Positions 59,914-64,000 of a DNA stretch of 64,000 nt are shown in pieces. The position numbers were made by a program, and so were the translations under genes. Within the stretch, counting starts at the first letter, position 1, and the number at the start of each line of letters is the position of its first letter. The DNA is from an uncultured Bacteroidales bacterium (GTDB taxonomy: Bacteria > Hydrothermota > 32-111). The DNA lies in contig CAZJAT010000004.1 of NCBI GenBank assembly GCA_964544145.1, forward strand, positions 16,177-80,176, written 5' to 3'. The notes beneath the pieces were generated by a model. The model made no database searches and was not told where the DNA came from. It worked only from the letters and a program-made list of their open reading frames with translations.

Positions 59914-60692
59914 TAGAGGAAAAAAAACGTAATGCAAAAAAAATACTTTTTCTGAGCAGCAAGGGCGGCACAGGGAAAACAACCATAATTGCCAATTTGG
60001 GTTATATGATGGCAACCGGTTATGCAAGAAAGGTGGGACTTATTGATTTGAATTTCAATGCTCCCTATCTGCCTTCGCAGCTTGGTGTCAGTGATAGAAA
60101 ATTGGGAGTTGATAAGGATAAGATATATCCTGTGAAGGTATTGCCGAATCTGTTTATTGTTTCAAATGAAATGATGATAAATGATAAGGAATCTCCCATT
60201 GTAATGAGGAATTATATGTATAAGATTCTTGCTGAACAATTTTTAAAACAGATTGATTGGGGAGAATTTGATTATCTCTTCTTTGATACTCCATCAGTCT
60301 TTAGTGATGAGATTGCAGAGGCATTGAATATATTGAAAACAGTTGATGGTGTTATAATTGTTACACAATCGCAGGATTATTCTATTATACCATTAATGAG
60401 GGTGATATCATATGTTGAACAGCATAATCTTCCAATAATGGGTATTGTTGATAATATGCACAGTTTTTCATGTTCATCGGACAATAATATGCAATCCCTG
60501 TTTAGAAGAGATAAATTCAGAAAATTCATTGATGATAAGAAATTGAATATCATTGCTGAAATTCCATTTGACAGGGATATCCTAAAATCAACGGATAATG
60601 GTATATCATTTGTGCAGCAGAGCAGCAATGAAAATGACATAGCAATATTCAAGAATATTATTGAGGTTATTGAAAAGAAAACGCATGAATAA
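59910..60692 (+). CDS. Mrp/NBP35/ParA-class P-loop ATPase, apparently lacking the CxxC Fe-S ligand pair
   Basis: The deviant Walker A is LSSKGGTGKTTI. In VDNMHSFSCSSD only one Cys sits where Mrp/ApbC proteins carry CxxC. Confidence 0.55.
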   Translation: MIEEKKRNAKKILFLSSKGGTGKTTIIANLGYMMATGYARKVGLIDLNFNAPYLPSQLGVSDRKLGVDKDKIYPVKVLPNLFIVSNEMMINDKESPIVMRNYMYKILAEQFLKQIDWGEFDYLFFDTPSVFSDEIAEALNILKTVDGVIIVTQSQDYSIIPLMRVISYVEQHNLPIMGIVDNMHSFSCSSDNNMQSLFRRDKFRKFIDDKKLNIIAEIPFDRDILKSTDNGISFVQQSSNENDIAIFKNIIEVIEKKTHE

Positions 60693-61434
60693 CACAATTA
60701 TTGTATCAGATAAAATATTTGGTTCGTATTTTGATGTTGAACAATACAGGGCTATTATTGAACATACATTTGTAAATGGTGTCGAGATTAGGACAGATGC
60801 AGTAATTGCGGATAATAATAATGAATTACTGGAAGAATATTATTCTGTTATTAACAGGAATTTAATAAATGTCATATCTGTTCATGCACCATTTAAAGGA
60901 CAGAATATTTCAAGCAATGATGAATATATACGCAGAAGATCAATAAGGGATATTGAGAAATCAATATTAATAGCCGAAAAATTAGATGCCCGATATCTTA
61001 TTATACATGCTTCTGACATAAATGCAGATATCAGTAATTCTTCTGATAAGACATTGATACATTCCCTTAATGAATTACACAATGAGGCTGATAAGCATGA
61101 TATTGAAATCCTTGTTGAGAATACACTGCCGGGTATGATGCTTTATAATAAAGAACATATGATAAGTATTGCTTCATTGGGTTTTAAATTATGTTTCGAC
61201 TGGGGACATGCCAATATATCATGTGATGATTCTTTTGATTTTTATGACTCTATAAAGGAATATGTTAAGATAATTCATTATCACAGTAATGATGGGAAAA
61301 ATGATATGCACTGTTTCAATGCGGGTGAGTTTAAAGATGTAAATACTATTGCTGATGGAAAGATAATTGAAATTGAAACTGACAGTTCATGTTTCAGCAG
61401 TAAGATGTTAATTGAGTCGGGATTATTCATATGA
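60661..61434 (+). CDS. sugar phosphate isomerase/epimerase (xylose isomerase-like TIM barrel) family protein
   Basis: VENTLPGMMLYNKEHM...CFDWGHANI resembles the AP-endonuclease-2 / xylose-isomerase-like TIM-barrel metal site region. Confidence 0.4.
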   Translation: MRLLKRKRMNNTIIVSDKIFGSYFDVEQYRAIIEHTFVNGVEIRTDAVIADNNNELLEEYYSVINRNLINVISVHAPFKGQNISSNDEYIRRRSIRDIEKSILIAEKLDARYLIIHASDINADISNSSDKTLIHSLNELHNEADKHDIEILVENTLPGMMLYNKEHMISIASLGFKLCFDWGHANISCDDSFDFYDSIKEYVKIIHYHSNDGKNDMHCFNAGEFKDVNTIADGKIIEIETDSSCFSSKMLIESGLFI

Positions 61435-62180
61435 ATATTATTATAAAATCAAATAAAGAAATTTCATTGATGCGTATTTCCGGAAAGATATTGGGTCATA
61501 TTTTAGCACAGGTTAAGGATATTATAAAACCGGGCATAAGGACAATGGATATTGAGATATTTATCAGAAAACAGCTTAAATTCAATAAGGTGAAATCACC
61601 TTTTCTCGGATACAGCAATTATCCTGCAGCATCATGTATATCCGTTAATGAGCAGATCGTCCATGGTATACCATCTAACAGGGTTTTGATGGATGGAGAC
61701 CTTGTGAGTGTTGATTTGGGAGTTATTTATAAAGGGTTTATAACAGATGCTGCCAGAACATTCCCGGTTGGCAATATAACTGAGTTGTCTGCTAAACTGA
61801 TTGAAACAACCAGACAGGCCTTCTTTAATGGTGCTCAAAATGCCATTGCAGGTAATCACCTGTATGATATTTCCTATGCAATAATGAATACTGTAGAACC
61901 AGTGGGATTTACACTTGTAAGGGATTTTGTATCACATGGAACAGGTAAAAAACTCCATGAAGATCCATCCTTTCAGAATTTCGGCAATAAAGGGGATGGC
62001 CCTCTGCTTAAGAGAGGAATGACATTGGCCATTGAACCTATGGTAAATGCAGGAACCTGGGAAGTAAAGGTGCTGGATGATGGCTGGACAGCAGTAACTG
62101 CTGATGGTGCATTATCGGCACATTATGAAAATACGGTTTTTATTGATGAAGAGAAAAATGAAATACTAACAGAAATATGA
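61431..62180 (+). CDS. map: type I methionine aminopeptidase
   Basis: The N-terminal IKSNKEISLMRISGKILG is present. Metal ligands sit in DLVSVDLGV, FVSHGTGKKLHEDP and LAIEPMV. Confidence 0.85.
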   Translation: MNIIIKSNKEISLMRISGKILGHILAQVKDIIKPGIRTMDIEIFIRKQLKFNKVKSPFLGYSNYPAASCISVNEQIVHGIPSNRVLMDGDLVSVDLGVIYKGFITDAARTFPVGNITELSAKLIETTRQAFFNGAQNAIAGNHLYDISYAIMNTVEPVGFTLVRDFVSHGTGKKLHEDPSFQNFGNKGDGPLLKRGMTLAIEPMVNAGTWEVKVLDDGWTAVTADGALSAHYENTVFIDEEKNEILTEI

Positions 62181-62189
62181 GGAGAAAAA

Positions 62190-63551
62190 ATGAAAAAAAA
62201 TCTTATGTATAACAAGAAGAATGCCTGGGTGGAATATACTGAGAAACAGATGGATAGCGTTATGAAATACGGTGAAGAGTATAAGAAATTTATTGATTAT
62301 GCAAGAACAGAACGCTTTTCAGTAGAATACCTGAAAAAGGCGGCAGCTAAATTTATATCAAAGAAATCATCAAATAATTTTACCATGGAGAATGCAGGAA
62401 AGAATCTGGCAATCATTGCTATGGGTTCAAAATCACCATTAAAGGGAATCAAATTCATTGGTTCTCATATTGATGTACCGAGAATTGATATGAAACAGAA
62501 TCCTTTATATGAGAAATTCAATATTGCTCAGATGAAAACACATTATTATGGCGGCATTAGGAAATATCACTGGCTTAACAGACCTTTAGGCATTTTTGGA
62601 GTGATATTCACTGAAAAGGGCAAGAAAATTGATGTGCGCATAGGCAGTAAGGACAGTGACCCTGTTTTTGTTATCAGTGACCTATTACCCCATCTTTCAC
62701 GTGCACAGAGCAGTAAGAAGGTGTCTGAGGCATTTGAGGGTGAAAAACTGAATATTATTGTCGGTTCAATACCATTGAAAAAAGAAGAAAAGAGAGCAAT
62801 AGCAGGGAATGTTATGCATATACTCAATAAGGAATATGGTATCGTTGAAGAGGATTTCATATCTGCAGAATTGGAGATTGTACCTGTAGAAAAAGCTCGT
62901 GATGTCGGTTTTGACAGGGGAATGATTGCAGGATACGGACATGATGACAGGGTGTGCGCATATACATCTGCAACAGCATTATTTGAATCAAGCAATAAAT
63001 ATACTGCTGTGGCATTGATGTATGATAAAGAAGAAACCGGTTCAAATGGAAAAACAGGAGCTCAGGGCAGATTTATTGAGGATATAATCATTGAAATACT
63101 GAAGAAAAAGAAGATTGAACCAAATTATGCCAATATTAGAACAGTGATGAATAATAGTGAATTTTTATCATCAGATGTGGGAGCAGGCATCAATCCGGAT
63201 TATCCAAGTGTACATGAGGAAAACAATGCTGCTATTATGGGAAAAGGTGTTGTCATTACCAAGTTTACAGGCAGTTATGGAAAATCAGGCGCAAATGATG
63301 CTAATGCAGAATTTGTTTTCAAAATAAGAAATATATTCAACAAAGCAGGCGTCATATGGCAAACAGCGGAACTGGGTAAAGTGGATGAGGGCGGAGGCGG
63401 CACTATTGCAAAATACATTGCTCAGTATGGTATAGAAGTAATTGATTGCGGTCCCCCGCTTTTAGGTATGCATTCACCATTTGAATTGCTTAGTAAAGCA
63501 GACCTTTATGAGACATTTAAAGCATACAGAGCATTCTTTGAATCTGAATAA
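62190..63551 (+). CDS. M18-family aminopeptidase (aspartyl aminopeptidase-like)
   Basis: The C-terminal GGGGTIAKYIAQYGIEVIDCGPPLLGMHSPFE matches the M18 zinc-site region. It is 453 aa. Confidence 0.7.
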   Translation: MKKNLMYNKKNAWVEYTEKQMDSVMKYGEEYKKFIDYARTERFSVEYLKKAAAKFISKKSSNNFTMENAGKNLAIIAMGSKSPLKGIKFIGSHIDVPRIDMKQNPLYEKFNIAQMKTHYYGGIRKYHWLNRPLGIFGVIFTEKGKKIDVRIGSKDSDPVFVISDLLPHLSRAQSSKKVSEAFEGEKLNIIVGSIPLKKEEKRAIAGNVMHILNKEYGIVEEDFISAELEIVPVEKARDVGFDRGMIAGYGHDDRVCAYTSATALFESSNKYTAVALMYDKEETGSNGKTGAQGRFIEDIIIEILKKKKIEPNYANIRTVMNNSEFLSSDVGAGINPDYPSVHEENNAAIMGKGVVITKFTGSYGKSGANDANAEFVFKIRNIFNKAGVIWQTAELGKVDEGGGGTIAKYIAQYGIEVIDCGPPLLGMHSPFELLSKADLYETFKAYRAFFESE

Positions 63552-63555
63552 TATA

Positions 63556-63583
63556 TTGCAAAATAATGAATAAGTTATATAAT
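63556..63583 (+). promoter_or_regulatory. candidate sigma70 promoter TTGCAA-N16-TATAAT
   Basis: TTGCAA is at 63556-63561 and TATAAT at 63578-63583. An SD (AAGGAGA) lies before the ATG at 63609. Confidence 0.4.
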
Positions 63584-63608
63584 TGCATTAAATTGTAAAG
63601 GAGAAAGT

Positions 63609-64000
63609 ATGAAGAGGATTGTATCAATTATTCTGTTATTAAGTTTTGCATTTGTCTATATTTTCCCTCAGACATTTCCCGGTGACTATTATTTTTCACC
63701 TGAAGAGAGGAATATGCTTCTTATAAGGGTCAATGTATGGGGTAATGTGAAGAGTGCGGGATCTGTACTTGTTCCTGACGGTACTGATGTTATGGGTGCA
63801 ATCTCATTTGCAAATGGCCCTTCACAGGATGCAAATACACAGTCCGTAACTTTAATACATGCAGATGGTAAGAGAGAAAAATTGAATCTGACAAAATACA
63901 GGAATGAATCTGACAGAAGGAATAATCCCATTCTAAAACCAGGCGACACTATCGTTGTCCCTGCAAGCGGGTGGTTTGGTTTTACAAGGGCTGTTTCCTT
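63609..64000 (+). CDS. 3'-truncated polysaccharide export protein (Wza-like Poly_export/SLBB domain), continues beyond the window
   Basis: The signal peptide is MKRIVSIILLLSFAFVYIFPQ. VWGNVKSAGSVLVPDGTDVMGAISFANGP and GDTIVVP are typical of polysaccharide export periplasmic proteins. It is absent from the ORF track because no stop lies within the window. Confidence 0.5.
   Translation, partial: MKRIVSIILLLSFAFVYIFPQTFPGDYYFSPEERNMLLIRVNVWGNVKSAGSVLVPDGTDVMGAISFANGPSQDANTQSVTLIHADGKREKLNLTKYRNESDRRNNPILKPGDTIVVPASGWFGFTRAVS

Noticed and set aside
1-64000. Search for CRISPR arrays, rRNA/tRNA genes, transposases, integrases and phage genes
   Set aside because: No spaced direct repeats, no structured RNA-like GC-rich intergenic segments, and no DDE, tyrosine recombinase or phage structural signatures were found. 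The few intergenic regions are all short and promoter-like.

Overview
The window is 64 kb of an AT-rich (about 33% GC), densely coding bacterial chromosome. Strong Shine-Dalgarno sites (GGAGG/GGGAGG before pckA, the 10578 gene and the 55595 gene) and several T9SS-type C-terminal sorting domains suggest a non-Bacteroidota T9SS lineage (Cloacimonadota, Fibrobacterota or similar); this is inference only. The window has six parts. (1) Positions 1-7674 hold a translationally coupled operon of secreted and outer-membrane proteins: an FG-GAP/CTD protein fragment, two small membrane proteins, an Omp85-family beta-barrel fused to a HExxH zinc metallopeptidase and a TolB-like propeller, and a C25 (gingipain-like) cysteine peptidase with a T9SS CTD. 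(2) pckA and a five-gene 'phosphoryl-transfer' operon follow: a cyclic-2,3-diphosphoglycerate-synthetase-like P-loop protein, carbamate kinase, nucleoside diphosphate kinase, a 3-hydroxyacyl-CoA-dehydrogenase-like protein with an altered NAD motif, and acetate kinase. (3) A second T9SS module contains a CTD beta-propeller-like protein, a 1495-aa C25-like CTD protein, a small predicted OM beta-barrel (porU/porV-like synteny) and holA. (4) A polysaccharide cluster contains a Wzx flippase, GT2, a Wzy-like protein and two GT4 genes. (5) A complete dcw cluster (mraZ through ftsZ) lies on the minus strand, with an extra STAS-domain gene between mraZ and rsmH. (6) Housekeeping genes follow: an M23 peptidase, dus, a methyltransferase, PHP, HIT, mnmA, panD, lipA, an Mrp-like ATPase, map and an M18 aminopeptidase, plus another CTD cargo gene. 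That cargo gene sits behind a perfect sigma54 -24/-12 element that lies downstream of a consensus sigma70 promoter. I found no rRNA, tRNA, CRISPR, transposase or integrase. Several consensus TTGACA-N16/17-TATAAT promoters and two hairpin terminators are visible.
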